This document shows positions 9,679 through 18,510 of a DNA stretch of 64,000 bases, one piece after another. The position numbers were made by a program, and so were the translations under genes. The notes under the pieces were generated by a model that was not told the origin of the DNA, did no database searches, and saw nothing but the letters and a program-made list of their open reading frames with translations. Source of the DNA: Chthoniobacteraceae bacterium (GTDB lineage: Bacteria > Verrucomicrobiota > Verrucomicrobiia > Chthoniobacterales > Chthoniobacteraceae); the NCBI GenBank assembly GCA_031409655.1, contig JANNXQ010000195.1:32001-96000 (forward strand), read 5' to 3'. Position 1 is the first letter of the stretch. The number at the start of each line of letters is the position of its first letter.

Positions 9679-10590
9679 GTGCAATATAAGGACTACTACG
9701 CAACTCTCGGCGTGCCAAAGACGGCCACGCCGGACGAAATCCGCAAAGCTTTCCGCAAACTTGCGCGCCAGCATCACCCCGACGTTGCCAAGGATAAGAA
9801 GAGCGCGGAGGCGAAATTTAAGGAGATCAACGAGGCCAATGAAGTCCTCAGCGACCCCGAGAAGCGGGAGAAATACGACACCCTCGGCGCGGATTGGGAA
9901 CAAGGTGGCCGCCGGCCGCCGCCGCCTGGACGCGGTGGGCGTGGCGGGGGGGAAGAGTTCAGTTTTGGCGGCACCGGCTTCAGCGATTTCTTCGAGCAAT
10001 TCTTTGCCGGCGGAGCACCGCGCGGGCGGGCCGGTGGCGGTGGCTTTGGCTTTCCGGAGGAGCCGGAAGCGAGTGGCGATGTGGAGGCGGATCTGCTCGT
10101 GAGCATTGAGGAGGCGCTCCATGGATCGAAAAAGAAAATCTCCCTGCGTCGGAGCGGCGCCGCGAAGGTCGAAAACTATGAAGTGCGCATCCCGCAAGGC
10201 GTGCGCCCCGGGCAACGCATCCGCCTCGCTGGCCAGGGTGAGGCCGCGGGCGCTCGCCGCCCCGCGGGCGATCTCTACCTGCGCGTCCGCTTCGAGCAGC
10301 ACCCGGACTATCGCGTCGATGGCAGCGACATCCTCTCCGAGATCGAACTGCCGGCCGCGCGTCTCGTGCTCGGGGGCGAAGTGGAAGCGCCAACCCCGGA
10401 AGGTTCCGTGCGCTTGAAAATTCCGCCCGGCACCCAACCCGGCCGCAAGTTTCGCCTGAAGGCCCGCGGCATGTTCACGAGCGCGACCGTGCGGGGTGAT
10501 CTCTACATTCAGGTGACGGCCATGCTCCCGACTACGCTCTCCGACGAAGAGCGCAAACTCTGGGAAGCTCTGGCCCGGCTGCATCCCTGA
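9679..10590 (+). CDS. cbpA: DnaJ-class chaperone without Zn finger (CbpA-like)
   Basis: YKDYY, HPD motif, FKEINEANEVLSD, GFSDFFE, GDLYL; GTG start 9679. Confidence 0.85.
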   Translation: MQYKDYYATLGVPKTATPDEIRKAFRKLARQHHPDVAKDKKSAEAKFKEINEANEVLSDPEKREKYDTLGADWEQGGRRPPPPGRGGRGGGEEFSFGGTGFSDFFEQFFAGGAPRGRAGGGGFGFPEEPEASGDVEADLLVSIEEALHGSKKKISLRRSGAAKVENYEVRIPQGVRPGQRIRLAGQGEAAGARRPAGDLYLRVRFEQHPDYRVDGSDILSEIELPAARLVLGGEVEAPTPEGSVRLKIPPGTQPGRKFRLKARGMFTSATVRGDLYIQVTAMLPTTLSDEERKLWEALARLHP

Positions 10591-10599
10591 TGCCGGGGG

Positions 10600-10672
10600 A
10601 GGCGGGGGCAGGATTCGAACCTGCGATACGGAGTTTTGCAGACCCCGGCCTTACCGGCTTGGCTACCCCGTC
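10600..10672 (-). tRNA. tRNA-Cys(GCA), copy 2 (A2.C71 mismatch, no encoded CCA)
   Basis: Reverse complement GACGGGG TA GCCAAGCCGGTAAGGC C GGGGT CTGCAAA ACTCC GTATC GCAGG TTCGAAT CCTGC CCCCGCC T folds as a cloverleaf; U73. Confidence 0.88.
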
Positions 10673-10760
10673 TTTTACCGACGCCTAGACAAGTGAGCAA
10701 ACCGCGGGCCAAGCCAGGCGAGTGCCCGGGAGGCCACGTTTCCGCTCGCGTGGCAAGGGG

Positions 10761-10832
10761 AGGCGGGGGGGGGAATCGAACCCCCGGATAGGGGTTTTGC
10801 AGACCCCGGCCTTACCACTTGGCTACCCCGCC
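10761..10832 (-). tRNA. tRNA-Cys(GCA), copy 1 (no encoded CCA)
   Basis: Reverse complement GGCGGGG TA GCCAAGTGGTAAGGC C GGGGT CTGCAAA ACCCC TATCC GGGGG TTCGATT CCCCC CCCCGCC T; fully paired acceptor, anticodon and T stems; U73. Confidence 0.93.
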
Positions 10833-10927
10833 GTGCTTTGAGGACGCGGAAGATGGGTGAGGAAATGCCAAAGCGCAAGTGTCGCGGTGGATTTCCGCGC
10901 GGAAAAATCCGCCCCGAAATCGCTACC

Positions 10928-11623
10928 TCAATACACCACCAGAAACGGCGCGGGAACGAGCTTCACGCGGGCGTCTCGTTCCAGGTTTCCTTCGCTCAGT
11001 TCCAGCGCGGAGACGAGGTTGTTGTGAAAGCTCACGGACAACTTTCCCGAAGGCACCTTCACGTAAATAATGCTCTGGACGAGGCGGCCGGTGCGGTCGT
11101 AGCCAGTGACCTCCTGCGGCACGCGTTCGTAGCGGATGAACTCCCACGTCTCGTCGCGGCCTTGGGCGTCGAGGCGCGAGGATTTCTTGCCCGGTTTGCC
11201 GAGGGCGCGAGAGACTTCCTCGGGCGTCATATTGATGGCTGCTTCATTTTTTGCGATCAGCACATCGACCTCGGTCTTCCGCGCGGCGTTCTGCTGCACG
11301 CTTTCGATGAATTCCCGCTTCAGCGGGCTGAGAAACTTCGGGTCCACCCAGCCCGCGACCTGCCCCTGGCGCGCAGCCCCGCGCACTCGATACGCGCCGT
11401 CCGAGATGGCTTGCAGCTCCACGAGCTGGCCGCGCTTCAGCGTCCCGAGGTAGCGCTCCAGATCGATCTTGTAGAAGATTTGCGCGTCGGCGGTGATCGC
11501 GAGTTTCACGGGCCGCGGGATCAAGTCCTCGAGATAGACGGCACCTTCCTCGCGGATGACGGCACCGGAGGGCGCGGCGGCGGCGGGGAGCAGGAGGAAG
11601 AGCAGAAAAGCGAGGGCTTTCAC
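10928..11623 (-). CDS. Exported hypothetical protein (231 aa) with SH3-like and BamE/SmpA-like segments
   Basis: GTG 11623 gives signal peptide MKALAFLLFLLLPAAAA; GQVAGWV (SH3b-like); MTPEEVSRALGKP...ETWEF (BamE/BLIP-like); the upstream part of the 591-aa ORF is antisense to hemL. Confidence 0.7.
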   Translation of the reverse strand: MKALAFLLFLLLPAAAAPSGAVIREEGAVYLEDLIPRPVKLAITADAQIFYKIDLERYLGTLKRGQLVELQAISDGAYRVRGAARQGQVAGWVDPKFLSPLKREFIESVQQNAARKTEVDVLIAKNEAAINMTPEEVSRALGKPGKKSSRLDAQGRDETWEFIRYERVPQEVTGYDRTGRLVQSIIYVKVPSGKLSVSFHNNLVSALELSEGNLERDARVKLVPAPFLVVY

Positions 11624-11727
11624 GGGGCGAATGTGGCGCGAAGTGGTCGGGAGGGAAATCGCTTTCTGCCGCGGGCCAGGGGAGCGTGGCGCTTGGACGG
11701 GCGCCGCGGGTTTTCTCTTCGACGAAA

Positions 11728-11818
11728 GTTCGATGTTCAATTTTCGCCGGGGAGTGTTCGATGTTCGTAACGCTCCTCGCGTAGCAGACACCGAACCTCG
11801 AATCTTGAACCCATGAAC
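11728..11818. repeat. Degenerate heptamer inverted repeat (GTTCGAT / GAACxxx)
   Basis: gttcgat gttcaat tttcg..gttcgat gttcg followed by cgaacct cgaatct tgaaccc atgaac; the hemL ATG lies in the last unit. Confidence 0.55.
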
Positions 11819-13096
11819 GCCCGCCCGCTCTCTCACGAACTTTTCACCGAAGCCCGTCGCTACATCCCCGGCGGCGTGAATTCCCCCGTCCGCGCCTTTC
11901 GCTCCGTGGGTGGCGAACCCTTCTTCGTCGAGCGCGCGAGTGGCGCGCACATCTGGGATGTCGATGGCCGCGAACTCATCGACTACGTGGGCACCTGGGG
12001 CCCGGCCATTCTCGGGCATGCGCCCAAGGTCATCCGCGACGCCATCACCGCCGCCGCGGAGAAAGGCGTGAGCTTTGGCATCCCGAATCCCCTCGAAGTC
12101 CAGATGGCGCGCACCATCTGCGAGTGGGTGCCGAGCGTGCAGAAAGTGCGCATGGTGAATAGCGGCACCGAGGCCACGATGTCCTGCATCCGCCTGGCGC
12201 GCGGTTTCACGGGGCGCGATCGCGTGGTAAAATTTGAAGGCTGCTACCACGGCCACGTCGATTCGCTGCTCGTGAAAGCTGGCTCGGGCGCGCTGACCCA
12301 CGGCCAGCCAGACTCCGCTGGCGTCCCCGGCGCGTTGGCTGCCCTCACCACCACGCTGCCTTTCAATGACCCCGACGCCCTCCGCGCCGTCTTTGCCGCC
12401 GAAGGCCGCGAGATCGCCTGCGTCATCGTCGAAGCCGTGCCCGCCAATGCCGGCCTCTACCTCCCTCGCCCTGGCTTTCACGAGCTCCTCCGCGCACTCT
12501 GCACCCAGCACGGTGCCCTGCTCATTTTCGACGAAGTGATGACCGGCTTCCGGCTCGCCCGCGGCGGCTACCAGCAGCTCTGCGACATCGTCCCGGACCT
12601 CTCCGCCTTTGGTAAAGTCATCGGGGGCGGGCTGCCCGTCGGCGCTTTCGGGGGCCGCGCCGAGATCATGGACCAGCTCTCGCCCGACGGCCCCGTCTAT
12701 CAAGCCGGCACGCTCAGCGGAAATCCGCTCGCCATGGCCGCCGGCCTCGCCCAGCTCCGCGAACTCGACCGGCTCGACGGCTGGTCAAAGCTCGACGAAA
12801 TCGGCGCCGCTTTTGAAGACGCCACTCGCGCCGCGCTCCGCCGCACTGGCCGCGACTACTGTTTCCAGCGCATCGGCTCCATGTTCTGCCTCTATTTCAC
12901 CAGCGGCCAGGTCCACAATCTTGCCGACGCCCAGCGTGCCGATCGCCCCGCTTTCAATGCCTTCTTCCACCACTGCCTCGACGCCGGCGTTTACTTCGCC
13001 CCCTCGCAATTCGAGGCCGGCTTCCTCAGCCTCGCGCACACTTCGGCAGACTTGGAAAGGACCGCCGAGATCGTCGTCCAGGCACTTGCTGCTTGA
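11813..13096 (+). CDS. hemL: Glutamate-1-semialdehyde 2,1-aminomutase
   Basis: PGGVNSPVRAF, NSGTEATM, FEGCYHGH, FDEVMTGFR, GKVIGGGLPVGA, YQAGTLSGNP, PSQFEA. Confidence 0.97.
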   Translation: MNARPLSHELFTEARRYIPGGVNSPVRAFRSVGGEPFFVERASGAHIWDVDGRELIDYVGTWGPAILGHAPKVIRDAITAAAEKGVSFGIPNPLEVQMARTICEWVPSVQKVRMVNSGTEATMSCIRLARGFTGRDRVVKFEGCYHGHVDSLLVKAGSGALTHGQPDSAGVPGALAALTTTLPFNDPDALRAVFAAEGREIACVIVEAVPANAGLYLPRPGFHELLRALCTQHGALLIFDEVMTGFRLARGGYQQLCDIVPDLSAFGKVIGGGLPVGAFGGRAEIMDQLSPDGPVYQAGTLSGNPLAMAAGLAQLRELDRLDGWSKLDEIGAAFEDATRAALRRTGRDYCFQRIGSMFCLYFTSGQVHNLADAQRADRPAFNAFFHHCLDAGVYFAPSQFEAGFLSLAHTSADLERTAEIVVQALAA

Positions 13097-13133
13097 GGGA
13101 AAGCAGACCCGGCCAACGGATTTACGGCGACTC

Positions 13134-13892
13134 CTACCCGGAGAAGTTCACCGTCGAGGTCCAGCCCGGCACCGAGGTGAGGGTTTTCTGGTCGAGAGAC
13201 CGGCGTGCGGCCCAGCGCACCTCCCGCGGGTGCAGGTGGTCGCAGCCCGTCTCCTGGAGCAGATAGCCGCGGGCGGTCGGGATCGGGTCGTCGCCGCAGC
13301 GCGGCACCATCACCGAGGCTTGGGCAAAGGCCGCCGGGGAAAGCACCCGTAGATTGGGCGGCCCTTCGGCAAAACGGGTGGCCTCCTCCGGCGTCTCAGG
13401 CCCGGTGCGCCCGTAGTCATTGTCGGAGACGAGCCACGCCTCGAGTTCGCAGGCAAAGTGGATTCCATCACGGGTGCCAAAGCGCAGGATGAAATCTTCG
13501 CCAGTCCACGAGGAAAACTCGAGGGTCTCGACCTCGCCGTCGGGTTTCCGGCGGATCTCGTGGACGCGCGCCGTGATCACCGCGCGGGCCAGTCGGCCGT
13601 AGTCCGTGATGGATTCATGGGCGTCCTGCCAGGCCGGGTCCGAGCGCACTTCGTAGCCCGAAAAACGGCGCCAATCCTTTTCCCGAAAGTGCAGTTCGGA
13701 GATCTCGATCGCCAGGGCCCGGTAGTATCGAAAGGGCCCCGATGGCAAATCCTTCTCGTGGATCGAATGATCCAGGCGCAGGCTCCACGACGGCCGCTGG
13801 CCGCAGGTATCCAGGGGCCAGAGCAGCACCGAGAGATCTGCCTCGTCCGTGGTGGTCGGCCAGGTTTCGCCGCGCCATTCTACCCAGCTCAT
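13134..13892 (-). CDS. Hypothetical protein (252 aa), paralog of adjacent upstream gene
   Basis: Long ORF with globular composition, 3 nt downstream of 13896..14651 and alignable to it. Confidence 0.7.
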   Translation of the reverse strand: MSWVEWRGETWPTTTDEADLSVLLWPLDTCGQRPSWSLRLDHSIHEKDLPSGPFRYYRALAIEISELHFREKDWRRFSGYEVRSDPAWQDAHESITDYGRLARAVITARVHEIRRKPDGEVETLEFSSWTGEDFILRFGTRDGIHFACELEAWLVSDNDYGRTGPETPEEATRFAEGPPNLRVLSPAAFAQASVMVPRCGDDPIPTARGYLLQETGCDHLHPREVRWAARRSLDQKTLTSVPGWTSTVNFSG

Positions 13893-13895
13893 CGT

Positions 13896-14651
13896 CTAGT
13901 TCTCGTAGTAGCCATTGAAGTGGAGGAGCACATACAGGTCGTTGTGCAGCGATTCGCCCGATTTGTCGTACTTGGAAAAGTCGGTCATCTCGAAGTGCTC
14001 GGGCTGGTTCACGCCGATGAGCGCCTGCGCCCGGGCCAGCGCATATTGCTCCGGATCTTTCGCATTTCGCGGCACCCGCACCGTCACGGTCCCGAAGGGC
14101 ACCGGTTCGATGAGATAGACCTGCGCATTCGCTTTCCAAAATTCCGCCTCCGGCTCCGCGCGCTCCTCGGTGCCGTCGGTGGCCACGACCACCGGTTGCT
14201 GGTCAAAAGCATCATGGAGACTCTGCCCATCCGCAAAGCCGGCCAGTTCGATATTGAAGAAGCGCCCCTCGCGCTCGATCACCCGCCAAGTGAAGGCACT
14301 GGAGAGCGTCGTCGAATCACCGTCATCGTCCTCCGCAGGCTTGAAGTGTACATCGACCGACCCGCAATGGCCGATCGACGAGACTTCCTCCTCGTCGTCC
14401 TCGACGTTCCAGAAGTTGAGCTTTTCGAGATCTTTCCAAGTGCGTTCCGGCGCCCGAAAGCCGGAGAGCGACAACGAAAAGCTCGCGCGTTTCCAAACTG
14501 GCACCCGCCGCCACTGGGCACCCCCGGCCACGTATTCGAGTTCCAGTTCCCAATGCACATCCTTCCGCTCCCGATCCTTCGGCCCGATCATGGCGCTGAT
14601 CCGCGTGGAGCCACGATTGCAGAGCCAATGGTAGTCGAGGAAGTAGAGCAT
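13896..14651 (-). CDS. Hypothetical protein (251 aa), paralog of adjacent downstream gene
   Basis: Long acidic ORF with globular composition; co-linear motifs with 13134..13892. Confidence 0.72.
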   Translation of the reverse strand: MLYFLDYHWLCNRGSTRISAMIGPKDRERKDVHWELELEYVAGGAQWRRVPVWKRASFSLSLSGFRAPERTWKDLEKLNFWNVEDDEEEVSSIGHCGSVDVHFKPAEDDDGDSTTLSSAFTWRVIEREGRFFNIELAGFADGQSLHDAFDQQPVVVATDGTEERAEPEAEFWKANAQVYLIEPVPFGTVTVRVPRNAKDPEQYALARAQALIGVNQPEHFEMTDFSKYDKSGESLHNDLYVLLHFNGYYEN

Positions 14652-14680
14652 TTAGAGGAGCACTGGTGCGTCCGACTGGT

Positions 14681-15160
14681 TCAGCCCTGCACCTTCTTCG
14701 CCACGTCCACGATCGCGCTATTCAGCGCCTCGAAGCTGAATGGCTTCGTCAGCACCGTGGCATCCACGCGCTGAAAGAAACTCTGCACCTTCGGATCATT
14801 CCGATGCCCCGTGACGAAAAGAAAACGCCGCCGCGCCGCCGGCCGGATCCGGGTCACCGCCCAGTAAAACATCTCCCCATCCACCTGCGGCATCATCATA
14901 TCGCAGATGATGAGATCAAAGGGCTCGGTCAAGATCTCCTTGAGCCCCTCGGCCCCATTGGTCACCGAGGTGACCTTGAAAAAGCGCGATTCCAGATAGT
15001 CTCCGATGGCCTGGCGAAAGTCGTCATCGTCATCGAGCAGGAGCACGCGTTGCGTTGCGATCTTTTGCGGCGCGGGCTTCTCGACCAGCGCCTTCGCCGG
15101 CGCGACTTCGGACTCAGGATCGATGCAGAGAATATCGGGGGAATCGGAGGAGTATTTCAT
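14681..15160 (-). CDS. Stand-alone response regulator receiver protein
   Basis: VLLLDDD, DLIICDMMMP, VTG, LTKPF; ATG 15160. Confidence 0.85.
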   Translation of the reverse strand: MKYSSDSPDILCIDPESEVAPAKALVEKPAPQKIATQRVLLLDDDDDFRQAIGDYLESRFFKVTSVTNGAEGLKEILTEPFDLIICDMMMPQVDGEMFYWAVTRIRPAARRRFLFVTGHRNDPKVQSFFQRVDATVLTKPFSFEALNSAIVDVAKKVQG

Positions 15161-15320
15161 GATGGGGCATTTGGTTGGCTTTGAGAGCAGCAGCGCCGGT
15201 GCCACGCTCGCAACATCTCACCGGGCGCGATCCTCCATCCACAGACTCGCGCTTGCGATCCGCGTCACCTGCGTGACGCTATTTCATGGTGGTGCAGGAA
15301 ACCTGGCAGCGCGGCCTCGA

Positions 15321-16211
15321 TCACCCGACCACATTTCCCGCCGGTTGCTTGCGGGTGCAGAAGTAGAAGGCCAGAGCGAAGAGGATGAGCAGGGTCATCC
15401 CGAGGGCCGAGCCAAAGGGCCAGTCGCGGGCGCTGAGGAATTGATCCTGGATCACTTCGCCGATGGTCGGTTCGCGACCGCCACCCATCAGTTGGGTGAT
15501 GGCAAACATGCCAATCGCCGGGATGAAGACGAGCAGGGTGCCGGCGATGATGCCGGGGCGGGTGAGGGGGACAATGACACTTTGAAAAGCGCGCAGCGGA
15601 CCCGCGCCGAGATCGAAGGCGGCTTCGACGAGGGAGTTGTCGAGTTTTTCCACGCTGCCATAGACCGGCAGGATCATGAAAGGCAGGTAGGAGTAAATGA
15701 GACCGAGGACGACGGCGCCGGGCGTGTAGAGCATCTCCCAAGGCTCGCTGATCAGCCGCGTGTATTGGGCAAAACCGTTGAGCAGGCCGTTATTGCTGAG
15801 GATGATGATCCACGCGTAGGTGCGGATGAGGAAACTCGTCCAGAAGGGGATCATCACGAGCATCAGCAGGAGATTGCGCCGCTTCTCCGGAGCCCGCCCG
15901 ATGAACCACGCGACGGGATAGCCGACGATAATGCAGACGATCGTCGTGATCGCGGCATAGAGCACCGAACGCCAGAGCACTCGGATGTAGATGGGATCGA
16001 AAACGCGCCGGTAATTTTCCCACGAGAAATCGTAAACGATCTGCCCGAGTTCATCCCGCTGGCAGAAGCTATAGACGGCCAGGATGGCGGTGGGTGCGAC
16101 GACGAAGGCGAAGAGCCAGACGAGCATTGGTGCCATCACCAGCCAGCCGAACAAGCCAGGTCGGCGCGTCGCTGGCTCGAAGTTCTGGGCGATGGGAGCG
16201 AGGCCAGCCAT
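15321..16211 (-). CDS. potB: Spermidine/putrescine ABC transporter permease (PotB-like)
   Basis: IPFWTSFLIRTYAW, YSYLPFMILP, EAAFDLGA, DWPFGSA. Confidence 0.88.
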   Translation of the reverse strand: MAGLAPIAQNFEPATRRPGLFGWLVMAPMLVWLFAFVVAPTAILAVYSFCQRDELGQIVYDFSWENYRRVFDPIYIRVLWRSVLYAAITTIVCIIVGYPVAWFIGRAPEKRRNLLLMLVMIPFWTSFLIRTYAWIIILSNNGLLNGFAQYTRLISEPWEMLYTPGAVVLGLIYSYLPFMILPVYGSVEKLDNSLVEAAFDLGAGPLRAFQSVIVPLTRPGIIAGTLLVFIPAIGMFAITQLMGGGREPTIGEVIQDQFLSARDWPFGSALGMTLLILFALAFYFCTRKQPAGNVVG

Positions 16212-16318
16212 GGGTCAGGCGAGTCGGCGAAACCTGGAGTCGTTGCGAGCGAACGCCGAAATCCCAGCAGCGGGCCCCGAATCAGAGTTCAATGTTCGAT
16301 GTTCCTCAAAGGTGCGTC

Positions 16319-17356
16319 TTATTTACCGCCCTTCATATCCGTCACCAACTTATCGATGTCCGACGCCACCTTCCCGATGTCGCGGAAGGTTTCGAGTTTC
16401 GGCTCGCCGGGCGGGTAGCTTGCAGGATTCGAGAGTTCGGCAGTGCCAAGGAGCTTGCGGCCTTCGACGTTCGGATTCGTGTAAGGGAAGTCGGCGGAGA
16501 TCTTCACGCTGACTTCAGGCCTAAGGACGTAGTCGATGAATTTCTCGGCGTTCTCCTTATTCGGTGCGCCCTTGGGAACGGCCAGGCTGTCGATGAATTG
16601 ATGGGCGCCTTCTTTCGGCAGCACGTATTGGAATTTCTTGTCTTCCTTCCAAAGGATCGCGGCCTCGCCGCTCCAGACCAGCCCCACATTCACATCACCA
16701 TTGAGCAGTGCGGTCTTCGGACTATCCGAATCATAGACCTTCACCTGCGGGAGCCATTGCTTGAGGATGGGTTTCACCTTTTCGAGGTTCTCCGGGGTAA
16801 CGTCGTTGGCCCCGATGCCGAGGGTGGCCAAGGCCCAGGTGACGATCTCTCGGGCGTCTTTCAGGACGACGATGCGCCCCTTGTGCTTTCCGGAAAAGAC
16901 ATCCGCATAACCTTCGACCGGCTCTTTCACTTTTGCCGTATTCACCACGATGCCGACGGTGCCGACCATCCACGGCACGGTGTATTTCCCATCGGGATCG
17001 TGGGCCAGCTTCATATATTTCGGGTCAATATTCCTGGCATTGGGAATGTTGGCGAAGTTGAGTTCCTCGAGTTTCCCGGCTTTGACCAAGGCTTCGATGG
17101 TGTACTCCGAAGGTTGCACCAGGTCATACTTGGCCGCGCCGCCGAGGAGCTTCGAGAGCATCTCTTCGTTGGAGGCGTAGTTTTCCACGTTGACCTTGAT
17201 CCCGGTCTCTTTCTCAAAGCCCTTGATCACGGATTCCGGGACATATTCGGACCAACAAAATAAGTTGAGGACCGACTTCTTTTTCGGGGCTGCCGAGGCC
17301 GTGATGGTGATGGCGCAGACGAGTGCGGTGATGAGGAGATGGCGGATGGTTTTCAT
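16319..17356 (-). CDS. potD: Polyamine ABC transporter substrate-binding protein (PotD-like)
   Basis: Signal peptide, WSEYVP, SNEEMLSKL, YDLVQPSEY, WSGEA, PKEGAHQFID. Confidence 0.88.
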   Translation of the reverse strand: MKTIRHLLITALVCAITITASAAPKKKSVLNLFCWSEYVPESVIKGFEKETGIKVNVENYASNEEMLSKLLGGAAKYDLVQPSEYTIEALVKAGKLEELNFANIPNARNIDPKYMKLAHDPDGKYTVPWMVGTVGIVVNTAKVKEPVEGYADVFSGKHKGRIVVLKDAREIVTWALATLGIGANDVTPENLEKVKPILKQWLPQVKVYDSDSPKTALLNGDVNVGLVWSGEAAILWKEDKKFQYVLPKEGAHQFIDSLAVPKGAPNKENAEKFIDYVLRPEVSVKISADFPYTNPNVEGRKLLGTAELSNPASYPPGEPKLETFRDIGKVASDIDKLVTDMKGGK

Positions 17357-17372
17357 AAGTTAGATGAGTTGC

Positions 17373-18428
17373 TTACCGATTGAGTTTCCTCGCACTTTCA
17401 CTGACGACCACGAGGAGTGCAGTCGCAAGTACAAAGACGGCGGAAATGGCGTTCAGCGAGGGATCCAGTCCCTTTTTTGCGAGCCCGAAGACTTTGATCG
17501 GCAGCGTCTCCGAGGCGGGGCTTTTGACGAAGTAAGTCACGATGACTTCGTCCATCGAAAGAGTGAAAGACATGAGCGCGCCGGAGACGATCGCGGGCAG
17601 GAGGTAAGGAACCATGACCAGCCAGAAGGCTTTGAGTGGCGGCGCACCGAGGTCCATGGCGGCTTCCTCGAGAAAGGGATCGACGCCGGCAAGCCGCGCC
17701 TGCACCGCCACGAGGACAAAGGGGAAGCAAAAGGTGACGTGCGCGATGATGATCGTCGCGAAACCGAGGCCGAAACCGTCTTGATTGACCGTCGCGAAAC
17801 TTCCCGCCAAACCCGGTGAGGCGGCGCGATAGACCCAGACCGCGGCGGCGAGCCCGGCAGCCAGACTGACCCCGAGCCACCAACTGGCTCCGCGACCGAA
17901 GCGGTTCAGCACCCAGGCGACCAGCGCGCCAATGCCGCCGGCGAGCAGGCCCGCGGAGATCAGGCCGGCGCCGGAGAAGACCGTGTCCGGCCAGTCCAGT
18001 TTGATGAGGAAATCGGTCAGCGGAGTGGCGAGCGTGGAAAAGAGGATCATGAGGCTCACACCCATGATGATCTCCGGGATGACCATGGGGATGAAGATGA
18101 GCGTATTCAGGGCGCGCAGGGCAGGGTAGCGGTAGCGGTGGAGGAGCCAGGCGCCGATGGTGCCGAAGAAGACGGAAAGGATCGTCGTGGCGGTGGCGAT
18201 GATGAGGCTGTTGTGCATCGCTTCGATGAGCGAGTCGCTCTCCGCGAGCTTGCGATACCAATCAAAAGTGAACCCCGTCCACTGGGTGAGGAGGCGCGAC
18301 TTATTAAAAGAATAGACGATCAGCAGGACGATCGGGAGATAGAGGAAGGCGAACACCAGAGCGGTCCAGCCGCCGCAGAGGAGATTCACCAGACGCATGC
18401 CAGTAGGAAGTCGTAAGGCGCGGCTCAT
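17373..18428 (-). CDS. potC: Polyamine ABC transporter permease (PotC-like) with an ~80-aa two-helix insertion
   Basis: FLYLPI..YSFN, IPEIIMGVSL, AHVTF, EEAAMDLGA, FTLSMDE, TLPI. Confidence 0.85.
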   Translation of the reverse strand: MSRALRLPTGMRLVNLLCGGWTALVFAFLYLPIVLLIVYSFNKSRLLTQWTGFTFDWYRKLAESDSLIEAMHNSLIIATATTILSVFFGTIGAWLLHRYRYPALRALNTLIFIPMVIPEIIMGVSLMILFSTLATPLTDFLIKLDWPDTVFSGAGLISAGLLAGGIGALVAWVLNRFGRGASWWLGVSLAAGLAAAVWVYRAASPGLAGSFATVNQDGFGLGFATIIIAHVTFCFPFVLVAVQARLAGVDPFLEEAAMDLGAPPLKAFWLVMVPYLLPAIVSGALMSFTLSMDEVIVTYFVKSPASETLPIKVFGLAKKGLDPSLNAISAVFVLATALLVVVSESARKLNR

Positions 18429-18510
18429 GAAAGTGCCGCGAGTCTGAAGCGGAAATGGAACGCAATCTCAACCTCCAATGGAGCGGATCGCTGAGATGGG
18501 CGCGAAGCGA

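Noticed and set aside
10600..10832. tRNA duplication as attL/attR of an integrated element
   Set aside because: Both copies are full length with different T-arms, only 88 nt apart, and no integrase is present
11624..12703. N-terminal 360 aa of the 591-aa ORF
   Set aside because: Antisense to hemL; a signal peptide starts at GTG 11623
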